Source: a virus. From it: a DNA stretch of 64,000 bases. Position numbers and translations under genes: made by a program. Below, piece by piece: positions 48,013-56,487 of the stretch (its first letter is position 1; each line of letters starts with the position of its first letter). The stretch lies in the IMG/VR virus record IMGVR_UViG_3300034378_000186, positions 16,793 to 80,792 of that record. One strand, given 5' to 3'. A model generated the notes under the pieces. The model did not search any database, had not been told where the DNA came from, and was given only the letters and a program-made list of their open reading frames with translations.

Positions 48013-48327
48013 ATGAAAACAGAAAAGGAAAATAAAAAGAAAAACCAGATTGATTATGAAAATCATGACAGAGGCCAAACAGGCATAGATGAAAATCATT
48101 ATTCAAAGGAACAACAGGAAGAAATAGACCAGATGGTCAATCAAATACTGAAAAATAATTCTAATAAGGATATGGAATTTCAATTATGGAATGAATTTCT
48201 TACTTTGATTACTTGTTCAGTATTCAAAATAGATCCTTCAGAACTTGGAAAAGGCAGGACAGGTTATATTGCTGAGGAAGTTTCAGAAAGGAAAGAAGGA
48301 GGATTTGGTTCAACAGGAGAAAAATAA
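48013..48327 (+). CDS. Chimeric small protein: portal-like fragment + dUTPase motif V tail
   Basis: SNKDMEFQLWNEFLTLITCSVFKIDPSELG resembles a conserved portal segment; SERKEGGFGSTG matches the dUTPase C-terminal motif. Confidence 0.6.
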   Translation: MKTEKENKKKNQIDYENHDRGQTGIDENHYSKEQQEEIDQMVNQILKNNSNKDMEFQLWNEFLTLITCSVFKIDPSELGKGRTGYIAEEVSERKEGGFGSTGEK

Positions 48328-48330
48328 AAT

Positions 48331-51300
48331 ATGGAAGAATTAACAGGGTATTTAAAGGAGAATAATATTGATTTTAAAGAGTTTTCTAATGAAGAAATTC
48401 TAATCAATGATGAGGTTTATTTTTTAGTAAAACCGGTTGATGGATTATTATTTGATGATAAGTTTTCATTAATTGGAGTAAATGGAGAAGATGTAGATCA
48501 TTATATTTTCAAATTTGGGGGTAGATGGTATCATACACCAAAAGATTCAAAAGATAAACCTAAACTAAATCCTGTTAAGTATATTGGAAAGGTAAAAAAT
48601 GAACTTGGAGGATTTTCATTTTTAGGAGTTCATGGAGGATATGAATTAATGAATGGTTCCAGGGAATATGATGAATGGTGCAAAAAAGCTAAATTTATGG
48701 ATGTTTTAGTATTAGGTATATGTGAAAAAAATACCCTTGCTGGAACATTACCTTTTCAATTATCCTGTGTAAAAAATGAAATAAGGCCAATAATTGGAGC
48801 AACCTATACAGTTGATAGGAATGATTTTAGATATGATATTAAGGTATATGTAAAGGATGAAAAAGGCTGGGAAAACATTTTATTGATAAATAAGGAAGTT
48901 AAGATTGAAAATAATGGATATATAAAGGAGAAGGATTTCTTTAAATTATCAGAGGGGTTGGTTATTGTGGTAGATCCAAAATCAATGAATTATGATGATG
49001 TTTTTCCATTAGATCTTGGAATGGATGTTTATTATCAGATTGATACTTGTGAATATGTGAATAATGACAGGGATAAGGAATATTTGCTGAATATGAAAAA
49101 ATTCATTGAAAGTAATATGAAGCCTGTACTTATTTCAGATGCATATTATCTGGATAAAGAAGATAGTTCTATTAAAAAGAAATTAAATTTGATGGATGCC
49201 AGGAATGAGTATGAATCTAATAATCAGCATTTCAAATCAATGGATGATTTATTTTTTGAATGGGTTAAATTATTTAAAAATAGTGATAATAGATGTGAAA
49301 CCATATTTTCAGATGCAATGGATAACCTGGAAAAAGTGGTTGAAGAATGTCAATTTAAAATAGAAACAGGAAAAAAACATCTTCCTAAATATAGGATGAC
49401 TCCAGAAGAAAAATTATTATTTAAAGATAATGAACAATTATTTTGGAGATTAATTGAGGATGGATTACATAAAAAAGCCCCTGGAAATAAAATGGATGAA
49501 TATATTGATAGGGTGGAAAAAGAATTTATTGTAATTAAAAAAGGGAATGTAATTGATTATTTTTTGATCTTATGGGATATTGTAAAATGGTCCAAGGATA
49601 ATGATATTGCTGTTGGAATTGGAAGGGGGTCTGCTGGGGGTAGTTTAATTGCATATTTATTAGGTATAACTGAGATAGATCCTATTAAATTTAATTTACT
49701 TTTTGAGAGGTTTCTAAACGAGGGTAGGGTTGGAAAATCTCTTCCTGATATTGATGTTGATTTTGAGGGTTTAAGAAGAAATGAAGTAAAAGCATATATG
49801 GAGCAAAGATATGGTGTAAATCAAGTTTGTTCAGTGGGGACTTATGGAACTTTTCAAATTAAGGCTTTCCTTAAAGATTATGCCAGGATGATAAATTTTT
49901 CTTATGATGAAACAAATCATGTTACCAAAGAATTAAAATTGGAAAAAGGGAAAATTGAAGAATTATTCCAACATGCTTCCAAAAATTCCAGGATAAAAAG
50001 TTTTGTTCAGAAGAATATTGAAATGATAAATGATCTTAAATTAGTTCATGGTCAACCTAAAAATGAAAGTATTCACGCCTGTGCCACTTTAATTGTTCCC
50101 AGGGAGAAAGATATATTTAGATGGCTTCCAGTTAAGTGGGGGGAAAGAGATGGGGAAAAAATGTTAGTTTCTGAATGGGAAGGTGGTCAATTATCAGATG
50201 CAGGATTTTTAAAAGAGGATATTTTAGGAATTTTAGAATTGGATAAATTTGCAAGTATTGTTAAATCAATTAAAAGGGTTGAAGATAAATTCATAGATCT
50301 TTATAAGTTTGAATATGAAGATGATGATGTTTTTGAATATTTTAGGAAGGGGTGGAATAAAGATACTTTTCAATTTGGAACAAAAGGACTGATCGAATAT
50401 TGTAAACAATTACAACCTGAAGATATTGAAGATCTTATTGCAATAAATGCTTTATATAGGCCTGGTGCAATGGAGTCAAATTTTCATAATGAATATGTTT
50501 TAAGGAAACATGGTCAAAGGGAAGTTGATTATATGTGGGGGTGTGAAGAAATTACAAAAGATACTTATGGATTGGTTATTTATCAGGAACAGATAATGCA
50601 GATATGTCAAAAATTAGGGGGATTTAATTTAGTTGAGGCAGATGATATTAGAAAAATTATTAGTAGTAGTAGATCAAGTAAAGAAAAATTGGGATATTAT
50701 AAAGGTAAATTTCTGGATAATGCAATTAAAATAGGATGTCCTAAAAAAGAAGCTGAAGATATATGGGTTAAATTAGGAAGGTTTGCTTCGTATGGTTTTA
50801 ATAGATCTCATGCTGCTGCTTATACTTTAATGGGGTATATAAGTCAATGGTTTAAGGTTCATTATCCTGTTCATTTTTGGGAGACAGCATTCTCATTTGC
50901 AAAAGATAAAGATATTTCCGGATATATTTCAGAGATCTATAAAATTGGAGATATAAATGTGGTTCCTCCAGATATAAATGTTTCAGAAATAAATTTTGTG
51001 GCAGATCATGAAAAAGGAAATATTACATGGGGATTATTATCTATAAAACAGTTTGGAGATGTGATTGTGGAAGAATTAATGAAATATAGATCTGAGGGGA
51101 AATATTTCTCATTTGAAGAATTTTTATCCAGGCATAATTTTAAAGGTAGTAAAGTAGATAAATCTGTAATTGAAAATTTGGTAATATCAGGAGTTTTTGA
51201 TGATCTGGAAGGAATTAAGAATCCTAAAGATAGAATGAAATTGATTGATTTTTATAGAAAGGAAAGGAAGGTGAAGATTGATAAGGATAAGGATTTATTT

Positions 51301-51735
51301 AGCACTAATAAGAAATTTTTAAGTGAAAATTGGTGGTGGATATTACAACAAAAATTAATATCAGGGTTTGCAATATTTCCTTATCAGACATTAACTGAAG
51401 AATTTTTGGATTGTGATTATGATTATGTAGATCCTGATTCGTTTATATTTGAAATCTGGAATGCTCCAAACAATTTAGCCAAAATAGGAGGGTATGTAGA
51501 AGAAGTAATTATAAGGGAAAGTAAAAATGGATATTATGCCAATATCACCTTGGAATGTAATTATGAATTTATTATAGTTGTAATTTGGGCAGAACAGTGG
51601 GAGGTATTGAGTGAATATTTGGAAGAATGTGAGAAGAAAATAATTTTGTTTTCAGGGGAAATAAATCATGATTCATATAAACATAAAAATGTCCTAACAT
51701 TAAACAATGACAGTGAAATAAGGATATTAGAATAA
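48331..51735 (+). CDS. dnaE: DNA polymerase III alpha subunit (family C), phage encoded
   Basis: GRGSAGGSL, LFERFLN-GR...PDIDVD, ALYRPG, IYQEQIM, YGFNRSHA, PPDINVS. Confidence 0.95.
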   Translation: MEELTGYLKENNIDFKEFSNEEILINDEVYFLVKPVDGLLFDDKFSLIGVNGEDVDHYIFKFGGRWYHTPKDSKDKPKLNPVKYIGKVKNELGGFSFLGVHGGYELMNGSREYDEWCKKAKFMDVLVLGICEKNTLAGTLPFQLSCVKNEIRPIIGATYTVDRNDFRYDIKVYVKDEKGWENILLINKEVKIENNGYIKEKDFFKLSEGLVIVVDPKSMNYDDVFPLDLGMDVYYQIDTCEYVNNDRDKEYLLNMKKFIESNMKPVLISDAYYLDKEDSSIKKKLNLMDARNEYESNNQHFKSMDDLFFEWVKLFKNSDNRCETIFSDAMDNLEKVVEECQFKIETGKKHLPKYRMTPEEKLLFKDNEQLFWRLIEDGLHKKAPGNKMDEYIDRVEKEFIVIKKGNVIDYFLILWDIVKWSKDNDIAVGIGRGSAGGSLIAYLLGITEIDPIKFNLLFERFLNEGRVGKSLPDIDVDFEGLRRNEVKAYMEQRYGVNQVCSVGTYGTFQIKAFLKDYARMINFSYDETNHVTKELKLEKGKIEELFQHASKNSRIKSFVQKNIEMINDLKLVHGQPKNESIHACATLIVPREKDIFRWLPVKWGERDGEKMLVSEWEGGQLSDAGFLKEDILGILELDKFASIVKSIKRVEDKFIDLYKFEYEDDDVFEYFRKGWNKDTFQFGTKGLIEYCKQLQPEDIEDLIAINALYRPGAMESNFHNEYVLRKHGQREVDYMWGCEEITKDTYGLVIYQEQIMQICQKLGGFNLVEADDIRKIISSSRSSKEKLGYYKGKFLDNAIKIGCPKKEAEDIWVKLGRFASYGFNRSHAAAYTLMGYISQWFKVHYPVHFWETAFSFAKDKDISGYISEIYKIGDINVVPPDINVSEINFVADHEKGNITWGLLSIKQFGDVIVEELMKYRSEGKYFSFEEFLSRHNFKGSKVDKSVIENLVISGVFDDLEGIKNPKDRMKLIDFYRKERKVKIDKDKDLFSTNKKFLSENWWWILQQKLISGFAIFPYQTLTEEFLDCDYDYVDPDSFIFEIWNAPNNLAKIGGYVEEVIIRESKNGYYANITLECNYEFIIVVIWAEQWEVLSEYLEECEKKIILFSGEINHDSYKHKNVLTLNNDSEIRILE

Positions 51736-51744
51736 TTGGAATCA

Positions 51745-51814
51745 ATATAAATTGAGGAAAATTTAAAAAAGATTGAATATAATTTTTATATGTGAAATAA
51801 TTCACTTAATTTTA
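51745..51814 (+). promoter_or_regulatory. Phage promoter variant: ATATAAATTG + palindrome (51777-51791) + TAATTTTA
   Basis: Same spacing as the other copies; -7 element has one mismatch. Confidence 0.6.
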
Positions 51815-51821
51815 ATACTTT

Positions 51822-52136
51822 ATGGGGTTAGGAATAAAATATAGAGGGAATAGGGAAAATACCAGAGTAATCATTGAAAAGGATGAAAATGGTAATATAT
51901 TAATAGGTCAATTGTTTTTAATAAAGAATTCAGAAAATAAATATTTTAAGGGATGGAAAACAATAAGAAAAGGGAAAAAGAAAAGATTGATCTATACTCA
52001 GGTTATTTTAAGTGAAGAATCGTTTATGAAAGCTGTCCCTTTATTTTTTAGTAATAGTATAAAAGAATTTAGTGAAATGAAATATTTATACGAACAGGGA
52101 TTACTACAATTAAAATTTGATTATGGAAAAGAATAA
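51822..52136 (+). CDS. Hypothetical protein
   Basis: 104-aa ORF after promoter. Confidence 0.5.
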   Translation: MGLGIKYRGNRENTRVIIEKDENGNILIGQLFLIKNSENKYFKGWKTIRKGKKKRLIYTQVILSEESFMKAVPLFFSNSIKEFSEMKYLYEQGLLQLKFDYGKE

Positions 52137-52695
52137 AGCTCAGAAAACTGAACATGTATTGATTCATACTGAAAAAAGTGTAATTAAAATTATATTTGGA
52201 GAATTTGATAAAGAGGTGGATGTGGATAAATTAACCTCAATAGATTATTCAAATATTTATGCAGAAGCCATTACTTCAGCTGCCTTATTAAATAAGGTAG
52301 GTCTTTTGAAGGCACAAGCTCAGGAAGAATGTGAACATAAGAAATTGGAATTGGCCATTTATGATGCTGAAAGAAGAAAGGAAAAAAGAAGGGAAGCAGT
52401 TGATAATTCTGGTAAATTTAAGGTTGGGGAAGAATGGGTTAAATTGACTGTGGATTCCCTAAATGAAGCAATGGTATTGGATGAGGGGTATCAGATTAAG
52501 AAAAAAAATGTAATTACTGCAGAAAAGAATTTTAATTTTGTAGATGCAATATATTGGGCTGTTCAGTCCAAAGATAAGAAATTGAACGTAATGATACAGG
52601 GAGTAACTCCTGAAGAATTGGCAAATGAAATTGTCGAAGGAAAAATAAATACACTGTATATCAGTAAACATAAGAAAACTTTAACTAACAATTAA
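52126..52695 (+). CDS. Putative UvsY-like recombination mediator
   Basis: Helical; LTSIDYSNIYAE; adjacent to SSB, RecA and SbcCD. Confidence 0.45.
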   Translation, partial: EKNKAQKTEHVLIHTEKSVIKIIFGEFDKEVDVDKLTSIDYSNIYAEAITSAALLNKVGLLKAQAQEECEHKKLELAIYDAERRKEKRREAVDNSGKFKVGEEWVKLTVDSLNEAMVLDEGYQIKKKNVITAEKNFNFVDAIYWAVQSKDKKLNVMIQGVTPEELANEIVEGKINTLYISKHKKTLTNN

Positions 52696-52719
52696 TATTA
52701 ATATTTAAAATGTAAAATT

Positions 52720-54159
52720 ATGAGTTTTGACAGAAACAAATTTAAAGGTGCTAAAATTAGCAGTTTAAAAGAAACCAGGAAAAAGGCAGAGGCCAAAAGT
52801 AGGAGCAAGTTCTCTACAAATTTTCATAATATTGAAGAAGGAAAGAATATTTTTAGAATTGCTCCTCCTCATGACCCTAACGATCCTCCATTTCAAGCTT
52901 TAAGAACTGCCTATTTGAAATGTGAACTTCCTAAAAGAGATTCTGAAGGTAATGAACTGGAAGAAACTGAAATTAGGAAAAAAAGAATTTTTATTGCAAC
53001 AGTTCATGGGAATCTTCCTAAAGATCCTATTGAACTATACATTGATTATGTCTTTAAAAAGGCTAAAGATGAAATTCAGGATAAGGATGAAAGACAGAAA
53101 TTCCTTTATCCTGTTACCGGTTATATTGATAAGAAAGGAAAATGGACTCCTGGTATTAGACCTTCAACAAATTATGTTGCATGGTCCTGGAAAGATGGAA
53201 AATTGGGACAGATTGAATTCTATCCAAAAATTGTAAAAAAAATGGAAGAATTGAATGTTAATGAGAAATCAAATGAACCTATTGCCATTGATATTTTTAG
53301 TGATCCTGATGATGGGGTAAGCCTCATTATTGATTATGATCCTTCAGATAAATCTGATAAACATAAGGTCAATAAAATGGAATATGATTTCAATGACTTT
53401 ATTAAGGAGTATGATTCTGAAGAAGAAGCTTTAAAAGAATGGAAAGCTGCCAGGAAAAAAGAACAGTTATCAGATGAACAATTAAAAGAATTGGATGATA
53501 AAAAACCTTTAAAAGAATTGTTCGTAGGATCTTACACCAAAAGAGATTTTGAACTTGCAATTGGCGGTTTAAAAATCTTTGATGAAGAAAATGAGTATGA
53601 TATTTTTGAAAATGAAGAATTCATTGCAGAACTGAATGAAATCGAAGAACAAGTTCCTGAAAAATCCAAATATGGATTAGATAGGGAAAAAGAAGAAAAA
53701 GAGAAAAATCCTATCCTGGATGAGGATAAAAACAAAAAAGCTATTGAGACCAAGAAAAAGGTTGAGGCTGGAGAATCAACAAAAGGAGAGGATTATTCAG
53801 AACCTGCATGGAATAAGATCAAAATGAAGAAGAAAATCATGGCTTATATCCTGGAAAATTATGATGAAGAAATTGAAATTCCAAAAACAGTTTTGGATGA
53901 TAAGGAAATAATGATTGAATGGTGTAAATTGATTGATGATGAAGAAGAATTACCATTTGATGATTATGCAGAAAACCAGGAACCTGTTGATGAAGATACT
54001 AAAAAAGAAGAAACTTCTGAGGAAAAAGAGGAAGAAAAGGAGGAGGAAAAATCAGAATCCAATGATGTTGAGGCAAAATCAGAAGATGAGGTTGATCCTG
54101 AAGTTCAGGCCAAAATTGATAAGCTTAAGAAAAAGGCTGGTCAAAAGAAATCAGATTAA
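52720..54159 (+). CDS. Putative gp32-like single-stranded DNA binding protein with long acidic tail
   Basis: EGKNIFRIAPP, KDPIELY, FSDPDDG-SLII; very acidic C-terminus. Confidence 0.6.
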   Translation: MSFDRNKFKGAKISSLKETRKKAEAKSRSKFSTNFHNIEEGKNIFRIAPPHDPNDPPFQALRTAYLKCELPKRDSEGNELEETEIRKKRIFIATVHGNLPKDPIELYIDYVFKKAKDEIQDKDERQKFLYPVTGYIDKKGKWTPGIRPSTNYVAWSWKDGKLGQIEFYPKIVKKMEELNVNEKSNEPIAIDIFSDPDDGVSLIIDYDPSDKSDKHKVNKMEYDFNDFIKEYDSEEEALKEWKAARKKEQLSDEQLKELDDKKPLKELFVGSYTKRDFELAIGGLKIFDEENEYDIFENEEFIAELNEIEEQVPEKSKYGLDREKEEKEKNPILDEDKNKKAIETKKKVEAGESTKGEDYSEPAWNKIKMKKKIMAYILENYDEEIEIPKTVLDDKEIMIEWCKLIDDEEELPFDDYAENQEPVDEDTKKEETSEEKEEEKEEEKSESNDVEAKSEDEVDPEVQAKIDKLKKKAGQKKSD

Positions 54160-54187
54160 GTTTGTGTGTTTTATATTAATATCCATT

Positions 54188-54217
54188 AGGGTTGGGGGTT
54201 TCCATTCCCCCTTCCCT
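54188..54217 (+). terminator. Possible terminator/stabilising hairpin
   Basis: AGGGTTGGGGG-tttccatt-CCCCCTTCCCT, GC-rich in an AT-rich gap; weak T tract. Confidence 0.45.
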
Positions 54218-54233
54218 TCTTAAAATTAAATCT

Positions 54234-55271
54234 ATGAAAAATATTTTGGGATTACTATCAACAGATTGGCACCTTAAGGATGAAAATACAGAACTAATTA
54301 AAGATCTGATTATTCAAAAATGTAAAAAAGCCAAAGAATTAAAAATTAAAAATCTTTTCTGTTTGGGGGATGTTTTAAATAGTAGGATTGCCCAAAGACA
54401 AAAGGTGTTATTGGCTTTTAAAGAAATTTTGGATATAATAAATGATTATGGATTGGAATTATATGTAATCCCAGGTAATCATGATAAAACAAATTATTCA
54501 TCCTATAAATCATTCTTAAATCCTTACGAAGGTCATCCAGCCTTAAAATTAATGAGTGAGGGTGATAAATTGGATATTATAGAAGGGATAAGAATTCATT
54601 TTATGCCATACCTGGAGGAAAATATGTGGCTGGAAGAATTTAAACCTGATCTATTGTCAAATATAAAGAATGTTTTACTGACACACATGGCATTTGAGGG
54701 TAGTGTTAATAATGATGGAAGTCTTGTTAGTACTCCCTTAAAGCCAAAATTATTTAAGAAATTTGATTTGGTGTTATCAGGTCATTATCATGATGAACAA
54801 ACTTTGGCTCCAAATATGTATCATATTCCTTCAATTTGCCAGGGTAATTTTGGAGAAGATGAAGTAAAAGGATTCACAATATTGTATGATGATCTGACTT
54901 TTGAAATTGTAAAATCTGATTTCCCTATTTATAAAAAAATATCTATTGATATTAACAAAATATCATCAAATGAGATTGTAAAAATGGCTGAAAAAGAAAC
55001 CAAAAATCTAAAAGATAATATTAGGTTTGAGTTTTCAGGGGATGAGGCAAAATTGAAGAATATAGATAAAAATTTCCTGAATATGATGGGGGTGGATGTT
55101 AAGATCAAAATTGCTTCAGTTGAAATAAAGGAATCGATAAAAAAAGTTAATCTGGAAAAAATCAATAAATCCCAATTATTGGATGAATTTAAAGATTTTT
55201 GTGAACAGGAAAAATTGGATTATGAAGAAGGTGTTGAATTGTTAAATGTGAACTACCCACCCACGCCATAG
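54234..55271 (+). CDS. SbcD/Mre11-like nuclease; native last 14 aa replaced by a MITE-derived tail
   Basis: TDWH, LGDVL, GNHD, SGHYH; ATG at 54234. Confidence 0.88.
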   Translation: MKNILGLLSTDWHLKDENTELIKDLIIQKCKKAKELKIKNLFCLGDVLNSRIAQRQKVLLAFKEILDIINDYGLELYVIPGNHDKTNYSSYKSFLNPYEGHPALKLMSEGDKLDIIEGIRIHFMPYLEENMWLEEFKPDLLSNIKNVLLTHMAFEGSVNNDGSLVSTPLKPKLFKKFDLVLSGHYHDEQTLAPNMYHIPSICQGNFGEDEVKGFTILYDDLTFEIVKSDFPIYKKISIDINKISSNEIVKMAEKETKNLKDNIRFEFSGDEAKLKNIDKNFLNMMGVDVKIKIASVEIKESIKKVNLEKINKSQLLDEFKDFCEQEKLDYEEGVELLNVNYPPTP

Positions 55272-55365
55272 GCGATGGGTTGGGCTTCAAGGTTCATAGA
55301 CTTAACCAACGTTAACGCCTCCACTTGTTTTTATTTATACTCCGATTGCGTCCCAAAACCAGAGT
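55228..55365 (-). ncRNA. Predicted stand-alone omegaRNA; guide ATTTAACAATTCAACACCTT
   Basis: TATATTTG -7 element at 55370-55377 (minus) directly upstream of about 115 nt ending in the right-end hairpin. Confidence 0.55.
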
Positions 55366-55461
55366 TATACAAATATACAACAATTATTTCAAAATATCAA
55401 GCGGAAAAAGAGGTCGCTTACATCCAAACCACTAAAGATGGTTTGGTTTTACGCTTCATTT
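55248..55461 (-). mobile_element. 214-bp non-coding family-1 IS200/IS605 MITE: left end + promoter + omegaRNA-like scaffold + right end
   Basis: Minus strand: TTTAT|AAATGAAGCGTAAAACC...TTGGATGTAAGCGAC (like element 1 left end) and GAAGCCCAACCCATCGCCTATGGCGTGGGTGGGTAGTTCAC (like right end); removal restores the sbcD frame to TAG at 55504-55506. Confidence 0.9.
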
Positions 55462-55509
55462 ATAAAAGTAAAGATAAAAAGGATTGGAGATAACTTAAAA
55501 AATTAGATT

Positions 55510-56487
55510 ATGGATGTTAAAAAAACTGTTTCTGAAATTCAAAAAAAATATGGTAAGGGAGCAATAAAACAATTGGGAGTAGAAGAAATTGTAGATGTTC
55601 CTAAATTCTCCTCAGGGAGTAAGAAACTTGATAAGGCTCTTGGTGGAGGTATTCCTTATGGAATGATTGTTGAATTTATGGGTTGGGAATCATCCGGGAA
55701 AAGTAGTATTTCTTTGATTGCAATTAAAGAGGTTCAATATGATGGTAAATTATGTGGGTATATTGATGTTGAACATACTTTTGATCCTGTATATGCAAAA
55801 TCTCTTGGGGTTGATGTTGAATCATTATATTTAAGTCAACCGGATTGTGGTGAGGAAGCTGCAGATATTACAGAGATGTTAATTAAATCTGGAGAATTTG
55901 GATTGATTGTAATTGATTCAGTTGCTGCAATGACTCCAAGGGCAGAAATTGAGGGGGATTTTGGTGATTCTAAAATGGGATTACACGCAAGATTAATGAG
56001 TCAAACTATGAGAAAATTGGTTGCTTCCTGTAAAAGACATGGAACAACAGTTTTATTTATAAATCAATTCAGGGAGAAGATTGGAGTAATGTATGGAGAT
56101 TCAAAAGTAACAACTGGAGGGAATGCTCTGAAATTTTTTGCTGCTCAAAGACTTGAAATTATAAAATCCAAAAATATTAATGAGGGTGATGATATTGTAG
56201 GGTATATTAACAGGATCAAGGTTAAAAAGAATAAAGTGGGAACTCCATTTAAGGAAGCTGAGGTGATATTTATGCTTGGTAAAGGATTTGATGAGGAGTA
56301 TAGTGAAATGAAGGAACTGATAGAAGAATGTATTGAAAATGGAGTTATTGAAAAAGCAGGAGGGGGTTGGATGAGTTTTAATGAATTTAAACTTGGTCAG
56401 GGAGATAAAAATGTCATTAAATTGTTAAATGATAATCCAGAATTAGTAGAAGAATTACAAAATAAATTACAGGAAGTATGTTCGTAA
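55510..56487 (+). CDS. recA: RecA recombinase
   Basis: GWESSGKS, IDSVAAMTPRAEIEG, ARLMSQ, FINQFREKIG, TTGGNALKF, KNKV. Confidence 0.95.
   Translation: MDVKKTVSEIQKKYGKGAIKQLGVEEIVDVPKFSSGSKKLDKALGGGIPYGMIVEFMGWESSGKSSISLIAIKEVQYDGKLCGYIDVEHTFDPVYAKSLGVDVESLYLSQPDCGEEAADITEMLIKSGEFGLIVIDSVAAMTPRAEIEGDFGDSKMGLHARLMSQTMRKLVASCKRHGTTVLFINQFREKIGVMYGDSKVTTGGNALKFFAAQRLEIIKSKNINEGDDIVGYINRIKVKKNKVGTPFKEAEVIFMLGKGFDEEYSEMKELIEECIENGVIEKAGGGWMSFNEFKLGQGDKNVIKLLNDNPELVEELQNKLQEVCS

Noticed and set aside
42395-54233. ORF-track upstream starts at 42409, 42484, 43153 and 54192 (also 18937)
   Set aside because: They fall in promoters, IS ends or hairpins; downstream ATGs fit promoter position and reconstructed empty sites better.
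17581-55466. CRISPR array or Cas12 locus suggested by repeated palindromes near RuvC nucleases
   Set aside because: Repeats are dispersed IS ends, not regularly spaced repeat-spacer units; no cas1/cas2.
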